Positions 53,515-62,718 of a stretch of 64,000 nt of DNA are shown here, piece by piece. Every line of letters begins with the position of its first letter. The first letter of the stretch is position 1. Below the pieces are notes generated by a model that was not told where the DNA came from, ran no database searches, and was given only the letters and a program-made list of their open reading frames with translations. The stretch comes from Aulosira sp. ZfuVER01. Lineage in GTDB: Bacteria; Cyanobacteriota; Cyanobacteriia; Cyanobacteriales; Nostocaceae. The DNA is taken from positions 160,001 to 224,000 of the forward strand of contig JAVRCV020000015.1 of the NCBI GenBank assembly GCA_034530615.2, written 5' to 3'. The position numbers and the translations under genes are program-made.

Positions 53515-54408
53515 TCAACGTGTTTGATTTGGTTCTTCTAAAGGCCTGCCTTTAGGTGTAGGTAAAATTGGACGGCGGTCATCGTAAGGCATAGGAATAT
53601 ACTGAACGCTGGGTCTTCCTCCTTGTGGTTGAGGATATAAATCCATCAGTTCGTAAATAGAAAGGGGCAGTCCGACTGTTACGGGCAGCCCCATTTCTGT
53701 TGCTTCTTCCACAGTGATAGGATAGTCGTGAGTAACACGCCCAGTTGTTAAGGCTTCAATAATTGGTTCAATATTTTCTGGGCTGACTTTTTGTTTAGGG
53801 ATACTGTCTTTTAGCAAAGTCCGCACAAAGCGCTGTACCTGTTGAATTGCTTTGCCTGCAAGGTCTGCCATGATGAGGGTTTGGTCATCAACTTCGCCAA
53901 TTGGTTTATCTTGAACCACTTTCAGGATACTAGCTGCTGGGAAGTTACCTAATTGGGGATCGACTGGCCCTAAGACAGCGTTAGCATCCATCACAATTTC
54001 ATCAGCAGCCAGCGCCAGCATCGTACCGCCACTCATAGCGTAGTGGGGTACAAAAACGGTAACTTTTGACGGATGGCGAATTAATGCTCTAGCAATTTGT
54101 TCGGTAGCTAAGACTAAACCACCTGGAGTGTGCAAGATTAAATCAATTGGAATCTCCGGAGGGGTGAGGCGAATTGCCCGCAGTATTTGTTCTGAGTCTT
54201 CGATAGTAATGTAGCGCGACAAAGGTATGCCTAATAAGCTGATAGACTCTTGACGGTGAATTAGCAAAATCACCCGGCTGTTACGTCCTTGCTCGAATTC
54301 TTGTAAGGCGCGGACACGCCGATATTCTATTTGACGCTTTTGCCAGATTGGTTGCAGAGAAGAGAGGAGAAGAAAAATCCAGAATAAATCGCCAATACCA
54401 AAACCCAT
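53515..54408 (-). CDS. SDH/ClpP-fold serine protease (S49-like)
   Basis: LILHTPGG, AMSGGTMLALAADEI, LGPVDPQ, THDYPI. Confidence 0.9.
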   Translation of the reverse strand: MGFGIGDLFWIFLLLSSLQPIWQKRQIEYRRVRALQEFEQGRNSRVILLIHRQESISLLGIPLSRYITIEDSEQILRAIRLTPPEIPIDLILHTPGGLVLATEQIARALIRHPSKVTVFVPHYAMSGGTMLALAADEIVMDANAVLGPVDPQLGNFPAASILKVVQDKPIGEVDDQTLIMADLAGKAIQQVQRFVRTLLKDSIPKQKVSPENIEPIIEALTTGRVTHDYPITVEEATEMGLPVTVGLPLSIYELMDLYPQPQGGRPSVQYIPMPYDDRRPILPTPKGRPLEEPNQTR

Positions 54409-54513
54409 AGGATTGATTGTCTCAAAATAACGGATGTCGTCATTAATTGTGACAATTTTCAGGCGATCGCAATTCTATCTACAGGTCTATTAGCTTACAT
54501 CAACAGAGAATAA

Positions 54514-55293
54514 TTAATCCAAATCATCAGGATTCACGCCTAATTGACGCAAACGTTCTGCTAATTGTGCTGCTTTTCTTTTTGCTTGTTCAGCTTCTTG
54601 TCTAGCTTCTCTGGCTTCTTCTGTAGGTTCGGGAATCAATTCTCCTGCTAAACTAAACCACCTTAACCACAACCTTTCAATATCTCGAAATGAGCCTTGC
54701 CATAAGCCTAAACTTAATTCGATTTCTGGCATGAGTAAGCGCCCATCAGTTAAATTCATCGGTTCATAATGACCGCCTACTAACTGAAATGCTCTGAGTT
54801 CATTTGTGTAACGGCTAAAAACAATGTAGTAGGGAATTCGCAAAATTCGTTCGTAAACTTCCCATTTAGTTGGAGGTTTATCTGTTGTATTTGCTTTGTT
54901 GCCTAAATCTTCATCTTCTGTACCAGGTGATAATAATTCCACAACTACAAAAGGATTTGCTGGTTCTTGCCAAGTGACATAACCTAAACGCAAATCTTCC
55001 CCTTTGTATTGTTTCTGCACTCCTACAACACCAAACCAATCTGGGCGTTTGTACCACAAAGGATGCTGAAGCTCATAGTAAAGATTCAGGTCAGCCGCAC
55101 TGAAAACTAGTTCGGGATTCCAATTAGTTGGCTGAAAAGTTAAATATAAAAGTAAGGGTTGTAAAAAGTGAAAATAGTCTGGCAAACCTGGTTCCTCTGG
55201 ATTATCGCTGGGTAAATCATACATTGTGGGTAGGGTTTCCCAAGGAGGAAGGGGTGGATCGGATTGGGGGATGTATTTAGGGAAGGTAGTCAT
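54514..55293 (-). CDS. Uma2 family (DUF820) PD-(D/E)XK protein
   Basis: LPTMYDLPS, RPDWF, VVELLSPGT, WLRW, LAERLRQLGVNPD. Confidence 0.92.
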   Translation of the reverse strand: MTTFPKYIPQSDPPLPPWETLPTMYDLPSDNPEEPGLPDYFHFLQPLLLYLTFQPTNWNPELVFSAADLNLYYELQHPLWYKRPDWFGVVGVQKQYKGEDLRLGYVTWQEPANPFVVVELLSPGTEDEDLGNKANTTDKPPTKWEVYERILRIPYYIVFSRYTNELRAFQLVGGHYEPMNLTDGRLLMPEIELSLGLWQGSFRDIERLWLRWFSLAGELIPEPTEEAREARQEAEQAKRKAAQLAERLRQLGVNPDDLD

Positions 55294-55314
55294 AGTAAAG
55301 TTTAATAATTTGCT

Positions 55315-55371
55315 TCAAGATTGTTCATAAGCTGCCAAAAATTCTTCCCGCGAGATACCTGCTTGAGTACA
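55315..55371 (-). pseudogene. C-terminal remnant of a HicA-like toxin gene
   Basis: Minus strand reads CTQAGISREEFLAAYEQS*, like HicA C-termini; in-frame TGA five codons upstream and no N-terminus. Confidence 0.6.
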
Positions 55372-55432
55372 GTGATTATTTGCAAGTCATAATACTATTT
55401 TGTCGCTATTATTCTACAACTAGCGGCGAAGT

Positions 55433-55461
55433 GCGATGTCTACGATGGGCTATCTCTACGT
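55433..55461. mobile_element. Degenerate SDR5-like element in a HIP1 site
   Basis: GCGAT-GTCTACGATGGGCTATCTCTA-CGT resembles the inserts at 9203 and 26801. Confidence 0.55.
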
Positions 55462-55700
55462 TCAGATCCGTTAACGCTAAATTCTGATATCTCCGCTACG
55501 ACTATTGTCTCTATCTGTTCGCCTTCACTACATCAAAAGCCATTTACCTGCTAGCGGGAAACTGTTCTCAGGCTGGTAATTCTCAGATACTACTTCTGTA
55601 TTGGTATAAAAAATCCTATCTTAATTACTAGTAAATGACTATGAATGCCTAAATAACTTGGGGAATACTGAAATTTAGTGCTTATCAAGGTGTATGAAAA

Positions 55701-56168
55701 ATGGCAGATACTCAAGTCAGCGCAAAACTTTCCGCAGCAGATAGAGAAGCGGTGATGCAAGCTATTAGTACTATTCGGCAAAAGTTACCGTTTTTGATTG
55801 ATTTGTCTACTGAGGAACGTAAAGCTTTACCCAAGCTGGGGGATAAGAGTCGGGCGTTTGTCAGTAAGGCGTTGGAAATAGCTGCACAAAATCCTGATTT
55901 CTTACCGCGTTCTTTTGATGTGGATGAAATGCGCCGAGATATTGAATTATTTGAAGCTTTGTATCCGATTTTGTTGTCGTTGACACAATTGCAAGAACTG
56001 GTGGATGATACTTCTGTGGCTGTTGGCAGTGAAGCTTATGCGGCGGGGTTGTTGGTATATAACTATGCCAAAGCTAGTGGTAAAGGCGCTGGTTTAGATT
56101 CAATGGTTGATGATTTGGGGCGAAGATTTGCCCGGAAAGCGAAAAAAGTGCAACCACAAACCTCGTAA
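55701..56168 (+). CDS. Hypothetical all-alpha protein (155 aa) with basic C-terminus
   Basis: Clean ATG ORF; LPFLIDLS.EERK.LPKLGDKS..FV.KAL, GSEAY..L.VY..AK pattern; no catalytic motif recognised. Confidence 0.85.
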   Translation: MADTQVSAKLSAADREAVMQAISTIRQKLPFLIDLSTEERKALPKLGDKSRAFVSKALEIAAQNPDFLPRSFDVDEMRRDIELFEALYPILLSLTQLQELVDDTSVAVGSEAYAAGLLVYNYAKASGKGAGLDSMVDDLGRRFARKAKKVQPQTS

Positions 56169-56178
56169 TTTGAGAAAT

Positions 56179-56430
56179 TAACTCGACGCTTTTAGATAAA
56201 AACATAAATTTTGAGCTTCTGAGCTTGGGTGTTTCAGTTTTAAGTGAAAAACTCCGAGTCAGAAGCTTAAATTTTGCAGTTGTAAGTGAGAATGTTTTGG
56301 TTTGAAGTGAGAAGGTTTTCGTTTCAAACGAGAACATTTTTGTTTTTAGTAAGAACGTTCTGGTTTGAAATCACAATAGTTTCGTTTTAAGTTAAAAGCT
56401 TTTCGTTTAATTGACTACCGTAAAGGTTTG
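56179..56430. repeat. Degenerate in-phase 21-bp repeat array (about 12 units)
   Basis: Units such as AAGTGAGAATGTTTTGGTTTG (56284), AAGTGAGAAGGTTTTCGTTTC (56305), AAACGAGAACATTTTTGTTTT (56326), TAGTAAGAACGTTCTGGTTTG (56347); gap-free columns A2, T12, G17, T18 each conserved in 11 of 12 units. Confidence 0.8.
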
Positions 56431-56626
56431 ACAAGAGAACACCGAGAATAATAGCGGTTATTACGGAGCTAATGAGCGAATAGAACCCCGAATTTTTAGA
56501 GAAGTTGGGGTTCTGAATCCTTATAAGTTTTTAAAAACAGAGAACTAAATCTTTTTGAATCCGAAATGTGTAAGGCTCACTGAGTAGTTATCTTATATGT
56601 ATTAGAGCTTACACCTGAATCTTTTC

Positions 56627-59600
56627 ATGAATCCTCAGAATAAGCCCAAGAGTTTACAGGATATTCTCAAACAACGTCAGCAATCAAGCTTTGTAGGTCG
56701 AGAGGAACAAGTTAATCTATTTCGCCAAAATCTAGAATTACCTTTAGACGACTCTCGCCGACACTTTTTATTTAATGTTTGGGGTCAAGGAGGAGTAGGT
56801 AAAAGTACACTGCTGCGTCAGTTTAGCCAAATTGCGTCTGGAGCGAAAATGATCGCGGCTCTTACTGATGAAGGTGAAAAAACTGTACCAGAAGTCATGG
56901 GTCGTCTGGCGGAACAGTTGGAACAGCAAGGTCATAAGCTGGCACAGTTTACAGAACGCTACAAAGTTTATCGTCAGAAGCGCCAGGAATTAGAAACCGA
57001 TCCCGAAGCACCGCAAGGTTTCTCGGCTTTTGTGGGCAAAACTGTAGCGAAAGCCGGAATGGGTATGGCTAAACAAGTTCCGGGTGCTGGTGCTGTATTT
57101 GGCTTAATCAATGAAGATGCTATTACTACCCAAGCCGGAGAATGGGCGGCTTATGTTGCGAAAAAATTAACCAATAAAGACGAAATTCTCTTAGTCCAAG
57201 AACCTGTAGAAGTCCTGACTCCCTTATTTTTAGAAGATATTTCTAAAATTGCCCAAAAGTCTGGTCTTGGGTTGTTCTTTGATACTTATGAACGCAGCGC
57301 CGAATTTCTAGATAACTGGCTCAGGGAAATTATAGATGGTCGCCACGGTGAAGTACCTCTCAATATATTGATAATTATTGCCGGTCGGCAAGAATTAGAT
57401 AAAAACCATTGGGCAATTTATGAGGGGTTAATAGTTCGTTTCCCTTTAGAACCATTTACAGAAGCAGAAGCCCAACAATATCTCACCCGTAAGGGAATTA
57501 CTAACAGTCGGGTGATTGAAGTAATTTTACGTCTTTCTGGAAATTTACCTTTGTTAGTTGCCACATTGGCGGCGGAAACTCCAAGTGACCCCAGTCAAGT
57601 AGGCGATCCTAGCGGTACAGCAGTAGAACGCTTCTTAAAATGGATTGATGACTCCAAGCGGCGACAATTAGCTGTAGATGCTGCACTTCCCTTGTCTTTA
57701 AATCGGGATGTTTTGGCTAAATTGCGCGGAGAGGAAGACGCGGATGGTTTATTTAGCTGGCTGAAAGAAATGCCATTTATTGACGAACGCACTGATGGTT
57801 GGGCTTATCATGATGTCGTCAAAACGCAAATGCTACGCCACAAGCGGCTTTTGTCACCGCAAAGTTGGGCTGATTTGCATGGTAAGTTAGCCGACTACTA
57901 CGACAACTTGCGAAATAATTTACGCCTGGAAGAAGACAAAAAACAGCGCGATCCTGTTTGGCAAAGTTACACCCTCAATGTTTTGTATCACGGTTTATGT
58001 CAGTCACCACAGAGAAGCTTACCTGCTGCTTTAAATGAATTTCTCGCAGCACTGAAAAATCAATATTCTTTTGCTAAACGCTGGGCAGAAAGAATGATAC
58101 AAGCAGGTAAAGATACAGATGTAGCTGAAATTCAGCGTTGGGGTGACAAGTTAGCCAATGGCTTAAAAGCTTATAACGAGAAACAGTATGAAGTTGCGGC
58201 TGAAATGTTCACAGCCTTGTTGAACAATACCTTTATTGAAGTCAAGTGGCGTGCAGTAGCTTTAGACTGGCGTGGTGAGGTTTACACCCAATCAAATCAA
58301 TACTCTAAAGCTTTAGAAGATTTAACGGAAGCTATCAAGTTAGCTCCAGATGACGCTGAGTATTTATCAGATCGAGGTAAAACTTATCGCTTAATGGAGC
58401 GTTATGAGGAATCACTGCAAGATTATAACCGTGCTATTGAACTCAATCCTAAATACAACCGAGCGATAGCCAATCGCGGTCAAACTTACAAAGCAATGGA
58501 GCGTTATGAGGAATCACTGCAAGATTATAACCGTGCCATTGAACTTAACCCCAAATATGATTGGGCGATCGCCAATCGCGGTGAAACTTACCGCTTAATG
58601 AAGCAATATCAGGAAGCACTGCTGGATTTCGAGCGCGCTATTGAAATTAATCCCAAATCTGATTGGGTGATCGCACTTCGTGGTTAAACTTACCGCTTAA
58701 TGGAGCGATATCAGGAAGCACTGCTGGATTTCGAGCGCGCTATTGAAATTAATCCCAAATCTGATTGGGTGATCGCACTTCGTGGTTAAACTTACCGCTT
58801 AATGGAGCGATATCAGGAAGCACTGCTGGATTTCGAGCGCGCTATTGAAATTAATCCCAAATCTGATTGGGCGATCGGACTTCGAGGTGAAACTTACCGC
58901 TTAATGCAGCAATATCAGGAAGCACTGCTGGATTTTGACCGTGCGATTGAACTTAATCCCAAATCTGATTGGGCGATCGCCAGTCGCGGTCAAACTTACA
59001 GAGCAATGAAGCGATATCCCGAAGCACTGCTGGATTTTGACCGAGCCATTGAACTTAATCCTAAATCCGATCGGGCGATCGCCAATCGAGGTGAAACTTA
59101 CCGCTTAATGAAGCAATATCAGGAAGCACTGCTGGATTTTGACCGTGCGATTGAACTTAATCCTAAATCCGATCGGGCGATCGCCAATCGAGGTGAAACT
59201 TACCGCTTAATGAAGCAATATCAGGAAGCACTGCTGGATTTTGACCGTGCGATTGAACTTAATCCCAAATACGATTGGGCGATCGCACTTCGAGGTGAAA
59301 CTTACCGCTTAATGCAGCGATATCAGGAAGCACTGGTTGATTTCGACCGCGCTATTGAACTTGACCCCAACTATGATTGGGCGATCGCCAGTCGTGGTCA
59401 AACTTACAGAGCAATGGAACGATATCAAGAAGCACTAGTTGATTTCGACTATGCAATTGAACTTAATCCCAAACTTGATTGGGCGATCGCACAACGCGGG
59501 CGAACTTACAGCGCAATGGCGCGATATGAAGAAGCACTGCTGGATTTTGACCGTGCTATTGAACTTGACCCCAAATATGATTGGGTGATCGCACAACGCG

Positions 59601-60115
59601 GTCAAACTTATGATTTGATGCAACTTTATACAGAAGCACTCCAGGATTTTGATCGCGCAATTGAACTTAATCCTAAATATGATTGGGCAATTTATAGAAG
59701 AGGTGAAATTTATTTGCTGTTGAAAGACTACAAGCAAGCTCTTGCAAATTTCAATCGTGCTATAGAGTTAGAACCTAATGATACTTGGTATTTTTATGAT
59801 CGAGCTTTAGCTTACCAAGCTCTCCAGCAAGAACAAAAAGCAAAAGATGACTTTAATATTGCTATACAACTGGCTCAAGAAAAATATCAAAAAAATTCTC
59901 AAGACTGGCGCAATACTTTTAATCTGGCTCTTTACTATTTGACTTCTGGAGATATTGAACAATCTGAAAGTATTTATAAATATATTTTGTCAATGAGGCT
60001 TCCTGCTGATATTATTCGTGAGGCTATCCGTGATATAGATATTTTTCTAACTATTTTTCCAAATTACGAGTCAGCTATATCTATGCGTCAGTTATTACAA
60101 TCTTCCTTGACATGA
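56627..60115 (+). pseudogene. STAND/AAA_16-like NTPase with TPR repeats (NLR-like), interrupted by two in-frame TAA codons
   Basis: FVGRE, Walker A GQGGVGKS, Walker B LFFDTYE, GNLPL; ORFs 56627-58687 and 58802-60115 share a frame; TAA at 58685 and 58787 replace repeat codon GAA/CAA. Confidence 0.85.
58373..59800 (+). repeat. About 14 near-identical 102-bp coding repeats (34-aa TPR)
   Basis: RGETYRLM..YQEALLDFDRAIELNPK.DWAIA unit with strict 102-bp period. Confidence 0.92.
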
Positions 60116-60265
60116 ATATTTAGGAAATATATAATTTATAGCCATCCTAAAAAATCATCAAAAACTTGATACTAGATTTTTCAAATAAGTCAAATATCTA
60201 TTGTATTTTGGCTAAAAAAATACTAGATTAGCTAATCTAGCAAACCTAAATTATTTGCAAAAAGT

Positions 60266-60976
60266 CTAATCTTGCGGTTCAATTCCCGCCGCCCGCAATT
60301 GTGCTACTAGTCGTTCGGCGCGTTGTCTTTCTTGTTCGGCTAATTGTGTACCCCAAAGTAGTAAATTTCCTTGTTCATCCCACCACCGCAACCAATTTCC
60401 TGTTCGATTTTCACGAGTACCTTGCCATACACCCAAATAAAGATTCATTTGGGCTATCCAGTAACGCTGGTTGTCGTTGGGGGTTTGGATAACGTATCTA
60501 CCTGTATTACTATCTAAGCGATAAACTTCTAAATCTCCGCTATCAGGTTCAAAAATTGCATAATTTGGTACTTTTAAGACGCATTCGTAAAAAAAACATT
60601 TACCTGGGGGGTAGGTGGGTTTGATGGAGTATTCTCCACCTTCTGTATCAGAAAGAAATTCTATGACAATTACGGGAATGTCTCCCTGTAGCTGGGGTGT
60701 GTAACTGCGGGTTACATCTTCTCGATTAACGCTAATTTTGGGAATATACGCCCAGTCTGGGGCTTTGACGACAATTTTGCCATTTAAGGTGGCGCAGATC
60801 CCGTAATTTGTTGGTGTAAGGGCGTTGGGTGGAAGTTTACCAGCAAGTTCTAAGCTTTGTGTTAGTGCAGCAGCTAAGGCTGGTTGGTTGATGTTGTCTA
60901 CTGGATCGTCTGGTAGCTTGTAATCGTCGGGTAGTTTTTCCCAAGTGATTTGGTAGCCTTGGGTAAAGGCTGTCAT
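60266..60976 (-). CDS. Uma2 family (DUF820) PD-(D/E)XK protein
   Basis: KAPDW, VIEFLS, WLRWWD, AERLVAQLRAAGIEP. Confidence 0.92.
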   Translation of the reverse strand: MTAFTQGYQITWEKLPDDYKLPDDPVDNINQPALAAALTQSLELAGKLPPNALTPTNYGICATLNGKIVVKAPDWAYIPKISVNREDVTRSYTPQLQGDIPVIVIEFLSDTEGGEYSIKPTYPPGKCFFYECVLKVPNYAIFEPDSGDLEVYRLDSNTGRYVIQTPNDNQRYWIAQMNLYLGVWQGTRENRTGNWLRWWDEQGNLLLWGTQLAEQERQRAERLVAQLRAAGIEPQD

Positions 60977-61006
60977 GGCAGTTTCCTTTGTTTGTGAGAG
61001 GAGATG

Positions 61007-62548
61007 TTACTCGTCTATGTCAGGTTCTAAATCGTCTTCTGTGAGTTCTTGATGGGGGATGGCGGCAATAATTGCATCTATTACTTTGGAAACTGGTAAA
61101 ATCTCGATATTAAGGTCGGGGAATTTTTGACCTTTGGGGACGATCGCTCTTTTAAATCCAAGTTTGGCAGCTTCTTTTAACCGCAGTTCCATCTGAGAAA
61201 CCGATCGCACTTGTCCGCCTAACCCGACTTCACCAATCAAAACTGTACCTGGATCGACTATGCGATCGCGGAAACTCGCCACAATGGCGATCGCTATTCC
61301 CAAATCTACGGCGGGTTCTTCGACGTTCAACCCACCCGCTGAAGCTACATAGGAATCTAGCTTTGACATCGGAATCCCTACCCGTTTTTCTAACACCGCC
61401 AGAATTTGCACGAGGCGGTTATAGTCTATACCCGTGGCTGCACGCCGGGGAGAGGGGTAGCTGGTAGGACTTACCAGAGCTTGCAATTCTACAACGATGG
61501 GGCGAGTTCCTTCACAAGCGACAACAATAGCCGTACCAGGCGCTGGATCGTCACGATTACCTAAAAATAGCTCTGAGGGGTTAGGAACTTCACGCAATCC
61601 GTGAGATACCATTTCAAAGATGCCGATTTCGTGAGTTGCACCGAAGCGATTTTTTACTGTCCGTAATAACCGATGGGAAGCAAAGCGATCGCCTTCAAAA
61701 TACAGTACTGTATCAACTAAGTGTTCTAAGACTTTCGGCCCGGCGATCGCACCTTCTTTAGTTACGTGTCCCACAATTAACATTGTCACATCTTCATGCT
61801 TTGCCACTTTCATCAGTGCGGCGGTACATTCCCTAACTTGAGCTACGGAACCGGGTGCAGATGTCAGTGCTGGAAAGAACACAGTTTGGATACTATCAAT
61901 TACTGCTACATTTGGTTTGAGAGAGTCAATTTCCCGGAGAATTTCTTCTAAATCGGTTTCTGGCAATACATATAAATCTGCACCAATACTGTCAGGATCT
62001 ATACTGTTAGGTTCTATGGGAATGGGTGTCGCTTCTGCTACAACTGGGTTTTCATCGCCTACAACATTGACACTTTTTGATACTCCCAAGCGCGAAGCTC
62101 TTAATTTTACTTGTTGACCTGATTCTTCCCCAGTTACGTAAAGGATGCGGTATCTCTGCGCTAACTGATTTGATACTTGAAGCAGCAAAGTTGACTTACC
62201 AATTCCCGGATCGCCGCCAATCAATACCATCGAACCAGGGACAACTCCACCACCCAATACCCGATCTAATTCTCCATAACCAGATTCCCAACGAGCGATT
62301 TGGCGATCGCTAATTTGGTCAAATGTTAAAGAAGAGCGCGGTTTTGCTGGTTTAGCATGAGATTTGCCATTGGTTTGCGCTGATTGCCAACCACTCACTC
62401 CCCCACGACTGGGTATATCAACTGATGACTGGATAGAAATCTGCTCTTCTAAGGAGTTATATGTGCCGCAAGCTGGACACTTACCAAACCACTGGGACGA
62501 TTCTGCTCCACAATCGTTACAAATGTAAAAAGTTTTGGGCTTCGCCAT
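61007..62548 (-). CDS. radA: DNA repair protein RadA/Sms
   Basis: C4 zinc finger, GDPGIGKSTL, KNRFG, Lon-like C-terminal domain. Confidence 0.98.
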   Translation of the reverse strand: MAKPKTFYICNDCGAESSQWFGKCPACGTYNSLEEQISIQSSVDIPSRGGVSGWQSAQTNGKSHAKPAKPRSSLTFDQISDRQIARWESGYGELDRVLGGGVVPGSMVLIGGDPGIGKSTLLLQVSNQLAQRYRILYVTGEESGQQVKLRASRLGVSKSVNVVGDENPVVAEATPIPIEPNSIDPDSIGADLYVLPETDLEEILREIDSLKPNVAVIDSIQTVFFPALTSAPGSVAQVRECTAALMKVAKHEDVTMLIVGHVTKEGAIAGPKVLEHLVDTVLYFEGDRFASHRLLRTVKNRFGATHEIGIFEMVSHGLREVPNPSELFLGNRDDPAPGTAIVVACEGTRPIVVELQALVSPTSYPSPRRAATGIDYNRLVQILAVLEKRVGIPMSKLDSYVASAGGLNVEEPAVDLGIAIAIVASFRDRIVDPGTVLIGEVGLGGQVRSVSQMELRLKEAAKLGFKRAIVPKGQKFPDLNIEILPVSKVIDAIIAAIPHQELTEDDLEPDIDE

Positions 62549-62718
62549 TCTTAAATCTTATTAAATATTCTTAATTTTTCCTTAATTCTTGGAGAAAAGA
62601 AAAGTTCAATAATAGTAGTAGTTACAGCTTTTTTTCACTTAATTCATGGAATGATATCTTAATATTATGGTATTAAAAATTAATCATGAAAAATTTTAGT
62701 TAAGGAGCGTTGAGAAAC

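Noticed and set aside
56179..56430. CRISPR array or genuine antisense protein (ORF 56074-56337)
   Set aside because: No constant repeat/spacer alternation. The antisense frame overlaps the 155-aa gene and is broken by TGA in the 56368 unit, so it looks like a by-product of 21-bp periodicity.
58685..58789. Selenocysteine/pyrrolysine or genetic-code reassignment
   Set aside because: The stops are TAA, which ends many normal genes in this window; Sec and Pyl use TGA and TAG.
58373..59800. Diversity-generating retroelement target
   Set aside because: No reverse transcriptase or separate template repeat in the window; differences between units are not restricted to adenines.
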